Part shown: positions 1 through 9,797 of the stretch, in pieces
Layout: every line of letters starts with the position of its first letter
How positions within the stretch are numbered: position 1 is the stretch's first letter
Assembly (NCBI GenBank): GCA_046155285.1
Contig: JBJXEA010000011.1
Coordinates: 13,695 to 77,694, forward strand
DNA from: Methylophilaceae bacterium
GTDB taxonomy: Bacteria > Pseudomonadota > Gammaproteobacteria > Burkholderiales > Methylophilaceae
DNA length: 64,000 nucleotides
Reading direction: 5' to 3'
The notes under the pieces: generated by a model
What the model was told of the DNA's origin: nothing
Seen by the model: the letters and a program-made list of their open reading frames with translations, nothing else
The model's database searches: none
Program-made: the position numbers and the translations under genes

Positions 1-561
1 AAACCCTACTACCGTTCTGGTCATGTGTTTGTGTTCAGAAAAGACAGTGGCTACAACATTAAAGATTGGGATTCCCAAGATTTACATAAAGGTATCATCG
101 GGATTATTCAAGAAAGTCCCGCTACACGACCCTTGGCTGACCATGGGTTGATGGAGAATGCTAGGCCATATCGTATGCAGCGCGATCTGAACTTGCCGGC
201 GAGCTTTCTGATTGACGACTTGGTCAAGGGCGATATTGATGTGGCCATCGTATGGGGTCCTATTGGCGGCTATTACGCTAAACAGGCCAAAATCCCACTA
301 ACAGTGGTACAAATCCCAGAGTATGAAACTCAGAATGCAAAAGGTAAGGAGTTCTGGAATATTTCGGTAGCAGTACGTAAAAAAGATAAAGAGCGCATGG
401 CGATGATTCAAGGTGTCTTGGATCGTCGGCAAGCTGATATTTTAAAGATACTTGATGACTACGCCATTCCTCATGTGCCGGTGGTTGAAGGTGATGGGAT
501 CGAAAAGGTATTTAAGAAGACTAAAGAAACACGAGGGGATGTTATTCCCAAATCAGAATGA
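1..561 (+). CDS. MoxJ-like periplasmic substrate-binding protein associated with quinoprotein dehydrogenases; C-terminal part, N-terminus lies upstream of the window
   Basis: Frame 1 is open from base 1 (KPYYRSGHVFVFRKD...) to the TGA at 559-561. The sequence looks like a PBP type-2 protein (DVAIVWGPIGGYYA) and is followed by methanol-type cytochromes c. Confidence 0.65.
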   Translation, partial: KPYYRSGHVFVFRKDSGYNIKDWDSQDLHKGIIGIIQESPATRPLADHGLMENARPYRMQRDLNLPASFLIDDLVKGDIDVAIVWGPIGGYYAKQAKIPLTVVQIPEYETQNAKGKEFWNISVAVRKKDKERMAMIQGVLDRRQADILKILDDYAIPHVPVVEGDGIEKVFKKTKETRGDVIPKSE

Positions 562-664
562 CGGAATGCTGGCTTGTCAACCAAGCTGGCAGTATGTTCG
601 TTGTGAAATAGTGGTTCATTAAGAGCCGCTTATTAGTGAAGTAACCCAAAAACGAGGAGAGGAC

Positions 665-1231
665 ATGATTAGTAACAAATTAGGACAAGCCCGGTTGATT
701 TTGTCAGCCTTGGTGATAAGCGGCACAATGGTATTTAGTGGTAGTGCTGCTGCGGAATGTAAGCTCGTATCTACAATAGATAATAGTCCGTTGGCTATTA
801 AAGTCGTTGATACGGATACGCCGCAAGCGAAAGAGTTTCTTGAAACTTGCGTAAACCCGTATACCAAGGAGTACGCTGCGGATCATGCGGCGGCGAAGCC
901 GGGTAGAAAAGTATTCACCTTTAACAATTGTATGGGTTGCCACGGCGGTAAGTTGGAAGGCATTATGGCACCCTCTTTGAGCAAAAATACTCAAGGCGGT
1001 CAAGGCGCATTCGATCAGAAGTGGGCTTATGCTAAGAATGCTACTGACAAGGGTATGTTTGAAACTATTGCTGGCGGTAGTCCTGGCGTCTCTGGTGGCA
1101 CCATGTTTCATTGGCACAATCAACTTCCAGAGCACACTGGTGACGGCTTGACCACAGATGAGATACTGAAAGTTATTGCATATATTCGTACTGAATATAA
1201 AGGTGATGGCGAGAAGTTGTGGATGAAGTAA
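665..1231 (+). CDS. Periplasmic c-type cytochrome, 4-Cys methanol-metabolism-related type
   Basis: SD AGGAGAGG lies before the ATG. Sec signal peptide (…FSGSAAA/E), a single CMGCH haem motif, and two further conserved Cys (ECK, TCV). Confidence 0.85.
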   Translation: MISNKLGQARLILSALVISGTMVFSGSAAAECKLVSTIDNSPLAIKVVDTDTPQAKEFLETCVNPYTKEYAADHAAAKPGRKVFTFNNCMGCHGGKLEGIMAPSLSKNTQGGQGAFDQKWAYAKNATDKGMFETIAGGSPGVSGGTMFHWHNQLPEHTGDGLTTDEILKVIAYIRTEYKGDGEKLWMK

Positions 1232-1260
1232 AACAGTTTTTATAGCTTGAATTTCAGAAG

Positions 1261-1293
1261 GCGGCCATTGTATAAAACAATGGCCGTTTTTTT
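1261..1293 (+). terminator. Rho-independent terminator after the first cytochrome c gene
   Basis: GGCCATTGT-ataaa-ACAATGGCC stem followed by T7. Confidence 0.7.
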
Positions 1294-1349
1294 ATGAGCA
1301 GCGACAAGTTTCAGATAAAATACGGTTACAAATTAAAAGGGGAGCTGTA

Positions 1350-1946
1350 ATGCAAAATGTAAAATTAATGGCAGTTGTTTTAGCATGTCTCGCGCTTGTG
1401 GCGTGTGGTAAAGGCGGGGATGGTGCTGCTGGAGGAGGCGACACGAAGTCAGTAAGTGCTGCTGGAGGAGAATGCAAACTGGTGTCTACTAAGGACAATA
1501 GTCCATTGGCGATTAAGGTGACTGATACGGATACGCCGCAAGCAAAAGAGTTTCTCGCCACTTGCGTGAATCCATACACCAAAGCGTTTGCTGCCGATCC
1601 TGAGGCGGCGAAAGCAGGTAGAAAGGTTTATACATTCAACAACTGCATGGGTTGCCACGGGGGCAAATTGGAAGGCATTATGGCGCCTTCTTTGAGTAAA
1701 AATACCCAAGGTGGCCAAGGCGCGTTTGACCAAAAGTGGGTCTATGCTAAGAACGATACTGATAAGGGCATGTTTGAGACTATCGCTGCTGGTACTCCTG
1801 GGACTTCAGGGGGTAGCATGTTTGTATGGCATGTTCAGCTTCCAGATCACACCGGTGACGGCTTATCCACGGATGACATTTTGAAGGTCATTGCTTATAT
1901 TCGAACCGAATATAAGGGTGATGGCGAAAAGACCTGGATGAAGTAG
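1350..1946 (+). CDS. Lipoprotein paralogue of the 4-Cys c-type cytochrome
   Basis: SD GGGGAG; lipobox LVAC|G followed by a Gly/Ala-rich linker. The mature domain matches the upstream gene at 137 of 158 residues by my hand alignment. CMGCH present. Confidence 0.85.
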   Translation: MQNVKLMAVVLACLALVACGKGGDGAAGGGDTKSVSAAGGECKLVSTKDNSPLAIKVTDTDTPQAKEFLATCVNPYTKAFAADPEAAKAGRKVYTFNNCMGCHGGKLEGIMAPSLSKNTQGGQGAFDQKWVYAKNDTDKGMFETIAAGTPGTSGGSMFVWHVQLPDHTGDGLSTDDILKVIAYIRTEYKGDGEKTWMK

Positions 1947-1975
1947 GCAACTATATTCATAGTTAGAAATTTTGG

Positions 1976-2018
1976 AAGCGACCATTGCGTAGTAGCCTTG
2001 GTCGCTTTCTTGTCTTTG
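1976..2018 (+). terminator. Probable terminator hairpin
   Basis: AAGCGACC…GGTCGCTT stem followed by a T-rich tail (tcttgtcttt). Confidence 0.45.
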
Positions 2019-2076
2019 CGCTTGAATCAACGTGAGCGATTCCAGCATCAAATAACACTAAACGAGAATTTACCCC

Positions 2077-3411
2077 ATGACTATTGATAAAAATGCAGAA
2101 CCCTTACATCAGATTGTAGTGGTGGGGGGTGGCGCGGGCGGTTTGGAATTGGTGACAAGCTTGGGTAATACGTTGGGCAAGCGTGGCAAAGCGCAAATCA
2201 CGTTGGTGGATAAGACTAAGACGCACGTATGGAAGCCCTTGCTGCATGAAATTGCTGCGGGCAGTATGGATATTGATCGTCACGAGCTTGATTACATGGC
2301 GCAAGCGCACTGGCATCATTTCAGATTTCGCTTGGGTGCCATGGAAGGCCTCAACAGAAGTACGCGCGAAGTGTTTTTAGCACCCACGCTGGATGACGCA
2401 GGACAAGAGCTAATCCCCCGCAGGACACTACATTACGATACATTGATTATCGCTTTAGGCAGTGTTTCCAATGATTTTGGCGTACCTGGTGTGGCAGAGC
2501 ACTGCATTACGCTCGACACCCAAGAACAAGCTAGCATGTTCCACCACAAGCTAATAGATGCTTGCATTCGCGCGCAAGTACAAGAAAGTGCCGTGGGTGC
2601 GCATCAGTTGAATGTTGCCATTATTGGCGGCGGCGCCACTGGCATAGAGTTGGCGGCAGAGTTACACAACACTACGCGCGAATTGGCGGCTTATGGTTTG
2701 GACAAGATAGACCCTGATCGCAATGTGAAGCTTAGCATTATCGAAGCAGCATCACGCGTGCTGCCGGGATTGCCAGAATCCATCTCGTTTGAAGTGCAGC
2801 GTCAGCTTGAAAAGCTGCATATCTCGCTAGAACTGAATGAACGCGTCACTCACGTAGATGCGCAAGGCGTACACACACAAAGCGGACGTTTAGTCCCAGC
2901 TGGTTTGGTGGTATGGGCGGCGGGTATCAAAGCGCCGGATATGCTTAAAAATATAGATTTAGAAGTGAATCGCGCGAATCAGTTGGTGGTTAAGCCCACA
3001 TTGCAAACCAGCAACGACGACAACATCTACGCGCTGGGTGATTGCGCCGCCTGTGCATGGCCGGAGCAAGGGCCAGATGCCCTAGTTCCACCACGCGCTC
3101 AAGCCGCGCATCAGCAGGCTTCGCTGGTGTACAAATCTATACGCCGCAAGTTGAAGGGTAAATCTTTACCCGAATACAAATACCGCGACTTTGGTTCCTT
3201 GGTCAATTTGGGCAAGTATAGTACGGTGGGCAATCTGATGGGTGGCCTCACTGGCGGGGCTTTATTCATCCAAGGGACGTTTGCTGGCATGATGTATAGG
3301 TTGCTCTACAAGATGCATCTTTACGCGTTGCACGGCTTGGGTAAGGTGATTCTGGACACTATCGCACGTATGATCACGCGCCGTACCGAGCCGCACGTCA
3401 AGCTACATTAG
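2077..3411 (+). CDS. ndh: Type II NADH dehydrogenase (NDH-2)
   Basis: N-terminal VVVGGGAGGLE and a second IIGGGATGIELAAE dinucleotide fold; 444 aa with a C-terminal membrane-anchoring helix region. Confidence 0.9.
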   Translation: MTIDKNAEPLHQIVVVGGGAGGLELVTSLGNTLGKRGKAQITLVDKTKTHVWKPLLHEIAAGSMDIDRHELDYMAQAHWHHFRFRLGAMEGLNRSTREVFLAPTLDDAGQELIPRRTLHYDTLIIALGSVSNDFGVPGVAEHCITLDTQEQASMFHHKLIDACIRAQVQESAVGAHQLNVAIIGGGATGIELAAELHNTTRELAAYGLDKIDPDRNVKLSIIEAASRVLPGLPESISFEVQRQLEKLHISLELNERVTHVDAQGVHTQSGRLVPAGLVVWAAGIKAPDMLKNIDLEVNRANQLVVKPTLQTSNDDNIYALGDCAACAWPEQGPDALVPPRAQAAHQQASLVYKSIRRKLKGKSLPEYKYRDFGSLVNLGKYSTVGNLMGGLTGGALFIQGTFAGMMYRLLYKMHLYALHGLGKVILDTIARMITRRTEPHVKLH

Positions 3412-4563
3412 CTTGCGGTAACGTACATAGATGCCGGTCATGGCCAGGCTCACAAATGCGCCAAACATAATCACTGTCCAGATGGCGGGTAGCTCAGCTC
3501 TGACCATCAAGGTATAAAGCGCCGTCATCAGCAGAATGCCGATGTTCTCATTGAAGTTCTGCACTGCGATAGAGTGACCAGCGCCAATCAGGAGATGCCC
3601 ACGATGTTGCAGCAAGGCGTTGAGCGGCACTACAAAATAGCCGGAGAGTGCGCCGACTAAGAACAGCACCAGCGCAGCACTACGCCAATCGTGTAAAAAC
3701 ACCATGCTCATTACCAGCACACCCATGGCAATGCCTGCAGGCAATACTTTTACTGACTCTTCAAGCTTGACGTAACGCGCTGCGAAGACCGCGCCAAAGG
3801 CGATTCCTAGTGCTACGGTGGCGGTTAGCTGCGTGGCGTGTTCTAGGTCAAAATTGAGTGCCGCCGCCGCCCAAGCGATGACGACCAAACGCATAGTGGC
3901 TCCTGCTCCCCAGAACAACGTAGTGACGGCTAATGAGACCTGGCCTTGCTCATCGCGCCACAAGATGGTGAAAGAAACCCAAAAGTCACGGATTAAATAG
4001 AGTGGATTACGTTTCGCTACCGTGTGGTCTATGGCCAGCTTGGGAATGTACAGATTGAATCCGGCGGCGGCCAAATAGAGTCCGACGATAGCAAGCAAGG
4101 CTACGTGCGGGCTGATGCTGGCCAACTTGCCACCGACGATAGCCCCCAGAATAATTGCGGCGACTGTTGTTCCCTCCATCCAGCCGTTAGCCTTTATCAA
4201 TAGTTCTGGTGGTAAAAATTCGGTCAAAATGCCATATTTTGCTGGAGAGTAAGCTGCCGCACCGATACCCACGATGCCATAGGCATAGAGTGGCGGCAGG
4301 CCTGCCCACATGGCAAGGCAGCCAACTAGCTTGATCGAGTTGGAAATAAACATCACCCGACCTTTGGGCAGGGCATCAGCGAAGGAGCCGACGAAGGGCG
4401 CTAAAACGATGTAGGCGATGATGAAAAACATCTGCAGCAAAGGCGTGTGCCAAGCGGGTGCGGAGATTTCCTGTAATAGCGCGATGGCCGCAAACAACAA
4501 GGCGTTATCAGCCAGCGCCGATAAAAATTGCGCCGAGAGTATGGTGTAAAAGCCGCGCTTCAC
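3403..4563 (-). CDS. lplT: MFS lysophospholipid transporter LplT-like
   Basis: About 12 hydrophobic segments. The N-terminus FYTILSAQFLSALADNALLFA is typical of LplT. GTG start. Confidence 0.75.
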   Translation of the reverse strand: MKRGFYTILSAQFLSALADNALLFAAIALLQEISAPAWHTPLLQMFFIIAYIVLAPFVGSFADALPKGRVMFISNSIKLVGCLAMWAGLPPLYAYGIVGIGAAAYSPAKYGILTEFLPPELLIKANGWMEGTTVAAIILGAIVGGKLASISPHVALLAIVGLYLAAAGFNLYIPKLAIDHTVAKRNPLYLIRDFWVSFTILWRDEQGQVSLAVTTLFWGAGATMRLVVIAWAAAALNFDLEHATQLTATVALGIAFGAVFAARYVKLEESVKVLPAGIAMGVLVMSMVFLHDWRSAALVLFLVGALSGYFVVPLNALLQHRGHLLIGAGHSIAVQNFNENIGILLMTALYTLMVRAELPAIWTVIMFGAFVSLAMTGIYVRYRKLM

Positions 4564-4566
4564 AGG

Positions 4567-5964
4567 CTATAAAATCTCTGCGGCAAAATCAGCAAGACGT
4601 GAACGTTCGCCACGCATCAGTGTGATGTGCCCGCTATGCGGCCAGCCTTTGAAACGATCTACGACGTAGGTGAGACCAGAACTACCTTCAGTCAGATAAG
4701 GCGTATCAATCTGAGCGATATTCCCTAGGCAAACCACCTTAGTACCAGGCCCTGCGCGGGTGATGAGCGTTTTCATCTGCTTCGGGGTAAGGTTTTGCGC
4801 TTCGTCAATGATCAAGAACTTATGCAAAAAGGTACGGCCGCGCATAAAGTTCATAGACTTCACTTTGATGCGTGTGCGTATCAAATCCTGCGTTGCAGCG
4901 CGTCCCCAATCGCCCGCTTCGTCGTCGGTCTTGTTGAGCACGTCCAGATTGTCTTCCAGCGCCCCCATCCAAGGATTCATTTTCTCTTCTTCGGTGCCGG
5001 GTAAAAAGCCTATATCCTCGCCTACTGGCACGGTGACGCGGGTCACGATAATTTCGCTATAGATTTTTTTATCCAAGGTTTGGGTCAGCGCTGCGGCCAA
5101 AGTCAGCAGCGTCTTGCCAGTACCCGCCTGTCCCAGCAAGGATACAAAATCAATGTCAGGATTCATCAGTAGGTTGAGCGCAAAGCTCTGCTCACGATTA
5201 CGCGCGGTAATGCCCCACACGCTGTGTTTTTGCTGGGTGTAATCCTTGAGAACTTCTAGCACAGCAGTGTGGCCTGCCAGCTCACGCACAATGGCGTAAA
5301 ACGGTGCTTCAAATTCATAATAGACAAATTGATTCACCAGCATAGACTCGCACAATGGGCCAGAAATTCGATAAAACATGCGTCCCGCTTCTTGCCAAGA
5401 CTCCATGGCCTTGCTGTGGTTATCCCAAAAATCTTGTGGCAAATCTTTGGTGCCGGTGTACAACAAGTCGGTGTCTTCCAGCACCTTGTCGTTGAAGTAG
5501 TCCTCAGCTGGAATGCCCATGGCACGGGCTTTGATGCGGATGTTGATGTCTTTGCTAACGAGGATGACTTGGCGCGTAGGAAAGGTTTTTTGCAGTTGCG
5601 CCACCACCCCAAGAATCTGGTTGTCGGCCTTGCTCCCTGCCAGCATGGGCAAGTCTGCCACGACAGCATTCGTTTGCAAAAACAGCCGTCCACTGCTGAA
5701 TTGATTGCCGTTCTTGGCAAGTGAACAACCTTGTTCTAAATCTTCCAAACTACTGCCAATAACTTCCTCAATAAAACGGCTAGCTTGACGCGCATTGCGT
5801 GCCACTTCGGTCATGCCTTTTTTGCTGTTATCCAGTTCCTCCAGCGTCACCATCGGCAAGTAGACATCATGCTCTTCAAAGCGAAATAAGCTCGAAGGGT
5901 CATGCATCATCACGTTGGTATCAAGAACGAAAAGTTTGGTTTGCGAATCCGATTTTTTTGCCAT
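4567..5964 (-). CDS. PhoH2-type PIN domain plus PhoH-like ATPase
   Basis: N-terminal PIN (FVLDTNVMMHD…TLEELD) and C-terminal P-loop (GQAGTGKTLL) with DEAQN Walker B. Confidence 0.85.
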   Translation of the reverse strand: MAKKSDSQTKLFVLDTNVMMHDPSSLFRFEEHDVYLPMVTLEELDNSKKGMTEVARNARQASRFIEEVIGSSLEDLEQGCSLAKNGNQFSSGRLFLQTNAVVADLPMLAGSKADNQILGVVAQLQKTFPTRQVILVSKDINIRIKARAMGIPAEDYFNDKVLEDTDLLYTGTKDLPQDFWDNHSKAMESWQEAGRMFYRISGPLCESMLVNQFVYYEFEAPFYAIVRELAGHTAVLEVLKDYTQQKHSVWGITARNREQSFALNLLMNPDIDFVSLLGQAGTGKTLLTLAAALTQTLDKKIYSEIIVTRVTVPVGEDIGFLPGTEEEKMNPWMGALEDNLDVLNKTDDEAGDWGRAATQDLIRTRIKVKSMNFMRGRTFLHKFLIIDEAQNLTPKQMKTLITRAGPGTKVVCLGNIAQIDTPYLTEGSSGLTYVVDRFKGWPHSGHITLMRGERSRLADFAAEIL

Positions 5965-5992
5965 TGATTAAATCCGAAGAGTTCTCAAAAAA

Positions 5993-6448
5993 TTAAAGGG
6001 TTTGTGCCACGGTTAATACAGTTTCAACATGGTTGGCAACCTTAACAGCACGCCATTCCTGACGCAGTTTGCCCGTAGTATCAAGCAAAAAGGTGCTGCG
6101 CTCTATGCCACGCACCTGTTTACCATACATATTCTTCATCTTGATGACGTTGAATAAATTACAGGCCAATTCTTCGCTATCGCTGAGCAATTCAAAAGGA
6201 AAGCTGAATTTGGCTTTGAAGCTCTCGTGCGACTTCAAACTATCGCGCGAAATGCCAAAAATCTCGGTGTTGGCCGCTTGAAAAGCGCTGTAAGAATCTC
6301 GAAATTGCTGACCTTCGGTGGTGCAGCCAGGGGTTGAGTCTTTCGGATAGAAATATAGAACGATGTTTTTTCCTTGATATTCAGATAGCTGGAAGGTCTT
6401 GCCACTGGTTGCGGGGAGAGAGAAATCTTGAATCACTTGGTTGAGCAT
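5993..6448 (-). CDS. bcp: Thioredoxin-dependent peroxiredoxin Bcp
   Basis: YFYPKDSTPGCTTE active-site motif; 151 aa. Confidence 0.9.
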   Translation of the reverse strand: MLNQVIQDFSLPATSGKTFQLSEYQGKNIVLYFYPKDSTPGCTTEGQQFRDSYSAFQAANTEIFGISRDSLKSHESFKAKFSFPFELLSDSEELACNLFNVIKMKNMYGKQVRGIERSTFLLDTTGKLRQEWRAVKVANHVETVLTVAQTL

Positions 6449-6480
6449 TTAACAGGCTGACTTAAGAATAAATAACACCA

Positions 6481-7956
6481 TCATTGTTGTGAAAAATCGC
6501 GCCCAAAGCAAGTGTTTAAGCTGTTATTAAATGACATTGTTACGGTTGTACCGCCACTTCCTCTTGCCTGGAAGTTGAGCGTGCCACCGTGCGCCTCACA
6601 TACCTTGAACGCAAACGGAATTCCCAAGCCTGTCCCCAGTCGCTTGGTGGTAGGGCCAGGTGTGAGCGCGTTGAATTCTGGGGTGAATGGCATGCCACAG
6701 CCTTGATCGACGATGTACAAGCTCACGAACTCAGCGTGTTTTGCGCCTATTGCTTCAATCACAGAAGCTGGTGGCGAAGCGTCAATCGCATTCAGCAACA
6801 GATTGTAAATAGCCTGCTCCATCAGATGCACGTCGACTTTGAGCGCAATATCTAAATCAGACGTGTTCATCTGGATACTCTTTTCTTTGAGTTTGGCTTG
6901 CAGCATAGATAGTGCGCCATCCACCAGCGCATGCAGCGTGGTGTCGGCAGTTTGGATTTTGAGCGGATGCAGATAGGCGAGCAGTGCACCAGTCCAGCGT
7001 TCCAGCCTATCTACGGTAGCGATAATGTCGCTTAGCGATTGCCGTGTGTCGACATCCAGTGCAGGGTCGTCCGCCACTTGCGCAGTGGCGCGTATGCTCG
7101 CCAGTGGATTACGGATGTTGTGCGCCAGCACCGGCACCAATGCGCCTTGTGCGGCTTGTTTTTCACTTTTGACCAAGGCTTCTTGGCTGTGCGCCAAATC
7201 GTCTGCCATGTGATTGATGGCGAGTCCTAGTTGGGCGAGTTCTGTGGTGCCAATTTCCGGTGCGCGGTGTTGCAGTTTGCCCACGCTGATTTCCTGTGTA
7301 GCACGCAACACGGCGGCGATGGGACGTGCAATGGCGCGTTGCAAAAAGGTGCGGGAAAATAGCAGCAGCAGTATCGCCAATGCCACAGGCAGACTCAGCA
7401 AAATCAGCGCGATGCGGTCTGCGTCGCGTAGATGCTGGCGTACTTGTTGCTGCTTGCTGGCCAGAAGCTGCTCTGCGTGTTGCGTTACGCGCTCGTAGTG
7501 TTCAAATAATTTCAGCTCGAGATGGGTGTTGAAGGTTTTTTTCAGAGTGCTGCTATCGGCTTCTGCATTGTGTTGCAGCAAGGTTTTGGTTTCCGATAAA
7601 AACGCCTGATAAGCGCCTAGCATATTTGCGATGGCCGCAATTTCATCTTGCCCTTGTGTCAGCGTTTGCAGGCGCTGAAAGTGCGCTTTTATGCCCAGTG
7701 TGTATTGGTCGTATTCGCTTTGTGCCTGCTCATCCGCCAAAAACTGCGCGTCAAATAACTCCTTCATTTGCCGATACAAATCACCTCGCGTTTGCTGAAT
7801 TTCTTCGGTGAGTTGGCTGATGCGCACCGACTCATTTGAGGCCACGCGCCATAGGTGAATGCCGTAACCGCCCGCCGCGCCTGCCAATACCACCAACAGT
7901 AGAAAAATCAGCTCATGGACGAGCAGCAAGTCTCGGAGAGAGCGAGGTTTTGGCAT
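6481..7956 (-). CDS. Membrane sensor histidine kinase (HAMP-HisKA-HATPase); no adjacent response regulator
   Basis: Two TM segments; H-box LAHNIRNPLASI; G-boxes DQGCGMP and GTGLGIP. Its ATG overlaps the upstream stop (TAATG). Confidence 0.8.
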   Translation of the reverse strand: MPKPRSLRDLLLVHELIFLLLVVLAGAAGGYGIHLWRVASNESVRISQLTEEIQQTRGDLYRQMKELFDAQFLADEQAQSEYDQYTLGIKAHFQRLQTLTQGQDEIAAIANMLGAYQAFLSETKTLLQHNAEADSSTLKKTFNTHLELKLFEHYERVTQHAEQLLASKQQQVRQHLRDADRIALILLSLPVALAILLLLFSRTFLQRAIARPIAAVLRATQEISVGKLQHRAPEIGTTELAQLGLAINHMADDLAHSQEALVKSEKQAAQGALVPVLAHNIRNPLASIRATAQVADDPALDVDTRQSLSDIIATVDRLERWTGALLAYLHPLKIQTADTTLHALVDGALSMLQAKLKEKSIQMNTSDLDIALKVDVHLMEQAIYNLLLNAIDASPPASVIEAIGAKHAEFVSLYIVDQGCGMPFTPEFNALTPGPTTKRLGTGLGIPFAFKVCEAHGGTLNFQARGSGGTTVTMSFNNSLNTCFGRDFSQQ

Positions 7957-8750
7957 TACTGAGAAACTTCTAGCCGGTAGATAAATGGGATCTCAACCTC
8001 GAACGAAACCTTATCTATCAGATCAGATGGCCGCAACAGCTCTAAGGCTCTTTGCAGATTTTGCAAAGCCGCTTGGTCTAGTATTAGCCGCTCACTGGGT
8101 TGGGAAATGGCATAGCTAAACTTTTTAGTTTTTGCATCATATTTCAGCAAAATCCGGCCTTTTCCTGTCCAGTGTTTCTCATAGGCTCGTGGAGGATAGG
8201 TTTTATTTTTTGCCATTTCTGCGGATAACTGGTTGCCGTAGCCAAGAATGGCAGCCTTGTGGTTTGCGTCAGATTCTTGCGGCGTTGAAGGTGTTGTTAC
8301 AGGCTGGGTGAATGTAGGCGGTGGTTCAGCAGCTTTCTGCTCCACCGCAATGGCGGGTGGAGGTGAAGGTTCAGCAGGTTTTGAGGTTTCAGCTATTGGC
8401 GCTGGCGGTTGCTCTGCGTGCGATGGAGGTGCTGGCAGCGGTTCAGGCGTTAGCGTTTTTTGTACTGGAACAGGTTTTGGCGGCGGCGCGAACGGCACTG
8501 GTTTTGGCTCTGGCTTAGGCGGTGGTTTCGGCGGTTCAGGCTCTTTAATAGGCAGAGGTGGGGGGGGCGGTTCTGGGGTCACCAGTTCCACCGTCAGTGG
8601 CGGTGGGGTGAGTGGCGCAGGAGATTTGCCAAACCCCGGCAGAAAGCCAATCGCGCTACCGTGCAGTGCGATGGAAAACAGCAGCGCGATGAGAATAAAA
8701 CCATCGGTGCGCTGCGCGTTTTCGATGAAGGGTTCTGTTGCGTATGACAT
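7956..8750 (-). CDS. TonB-family protein (N-terminal anchor, Pro-rich spacer, TonB-like C-terminal domain)
   Basis: ATG at 8750 (MSYATEP…) is preferred over the ORF-track start. Long PxP/KP spacer; C-terminus YPPRAYEKHWTGKGRILLKY…LDQAALQNLQRA resembles the TonB CTD. Confidence 0.65.
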   Translation of the reverse strand: MSYATEPFIENAQRTDGFILIALLFSIALHGSAIGFLPGFGKSPAPLTPPPLTVELVTPEPPPPPLPIKEPEPPKPPPKPEPKPVPFAPPPKPVPVQKTLTPEPLPAPPSHAEQPPAPIAETSKPAEPSPPPAIAVEQKAAEPPPTFTQPVTTPSTPQESDANHKAAILGYGNQLSAEMAKNKTYPPRAYEKHWTGKGRILLKYDAKTKKFSYAISQPSERLILDQAALQNLQRALELLRPSDLIDKVSFEVEIPFIYRLEVSQ

Positions 8751-8790
8751 GCGGGCAAAAGGGTTACAAAGCGGCAAATTATAGCAGGTG

Positions 8791-9699
8791 CTATTCCCAC
8801 TCCATCTGCGGGTACAGCAGATTGACATTGCGGCGGTTCACCGAGCCGAACAGCACCCAATTTCCCTTTTCACTGGCGGCGGCATTGTCCATGGTTTTCT
8901 CCATGGTGATATTTTTGGCAATGTTGGCGCGGATGTCGGCGAGTATCACCTCAAAATAGTGTTGCTCTTTATCAAAAGAGGCTTGCCATTGAGCCGTGAC
9001 GGCACCATGTCCAGGTACAGCCAATTTGGCGGGGATAGCTTTGAGTTGCGGGATGAGCTTGAGCCAGTTGCGGGTATCGCCGTCCATCGCCGGAGTGCGC
9101 TCCACAAATAACAAGTCGCCTGTCCATAGTGTGCTGGTGGCAGTGTCGAGTACGGTGAGGTCGGTATTGGTGTGTGCGGTAGGCCAAGCTTTGAGTTGCA
9201 GTTTGCGTCCACCTAAGTCTATCTCCAAGTTATCGCTGACAGTCTTGGTGGGCTTGATCAACACGCTGCCAGCAAAGGCTGCGCCCAGTACATCGGTATT
9301 ATTTTTGATGTAAATGTCGCGGCGCAACTCCATCGCGTCGCCCAGTTTAGCGTGGCCGATAAACTCTGGCTTGTCCTGTAAAAATGCCGCGTTGCCGAAC
9401 ACATGGTCGGGGTGGATGTGGGTGTTGATGACGAAGCGTATGGGCAAGGCCGTGACTTTCACAATCGCCTCGCGCAGTCGATCTCCTACTTGTTTTGTGC
9501 CGCCGGTATCTATCACGGCCACCGCGTCTTTGCCTACCACAAAGCCGATATTGGCGATGTCACCGTGATAACCTTCGGCCATTTCTTCATGTGCGCCTTG
9601 GTGGATAAATACGCCAGCGGCGACTTCTTGCATTGCCAAGGGTTCAGCGTAGGCGTTCATAGAAAAAAGCAACAATAAGGTAATTTGGCGCAATGGCAT
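8791..9699 (-). CDS. Secreted MBL-fold metallo-hydrolase (quinoprotein-relay-type zinc hydrolase candidate)
   Basis: ATG at 9699 gives the signal peptide MPLRQITLLLLFSMNAYA. HxHxDH motif (THIHPDHV). Confidence 0.75.
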   Translation of the reverse strand: MPLRQITLLLLFSMNAYAEPLAMQEVAAGVFIHQGAHEEMAEGYHGDIANIGFVVGKDAVAVIDTGGTKQVGDRLREAIVKVTALPIRFVINTHIHPDHVFGNAAFLQDKPEFIGHAKLGDAMELRRDIYIKNNTDVLGAAFAGSVLIKPTKTVSDNLEIDLGGRKLQLKAWPTAHTNTDLTVLDTATSTLWTGDLLFVERTPAMDGDTRNWLKLIPQLKAIPAKLAVPGHGAVTAQWQASFDKEQHYFEVILADIRANIAKNITMEKTMDNAAASEKGNWVLFGSVNRRNVNLLYPQMEWE

Positions 9700-9797
9700 A
9701 AGGGTTCTTTCGTGAACTAAAGCTGAAGATGTTGTCAATATGACTATTGTACGATGTTAAAATTCAACCATTCCGTTTTTATCGAGGAGCATGACTA

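Noticed and set aside
619-1582. Two minus-strand ORFs (619-867 and 1292-1582) sharing the N-terminus MVYGFTQV.RNSFACGVSV
   Set aside because: The similarity is a by-product of the cytochrome c tandem duplication on the opposite strand, not a conserved antisense gene.
8248-8784. 178-aa Gly-rich ORF, plus other overlapping ORFs at 8321-8860
   Set aside because: They are mirror images of the Pro-rich spacer (CCN codons read as GGN) of the TonB-like gene, with no independent signals.
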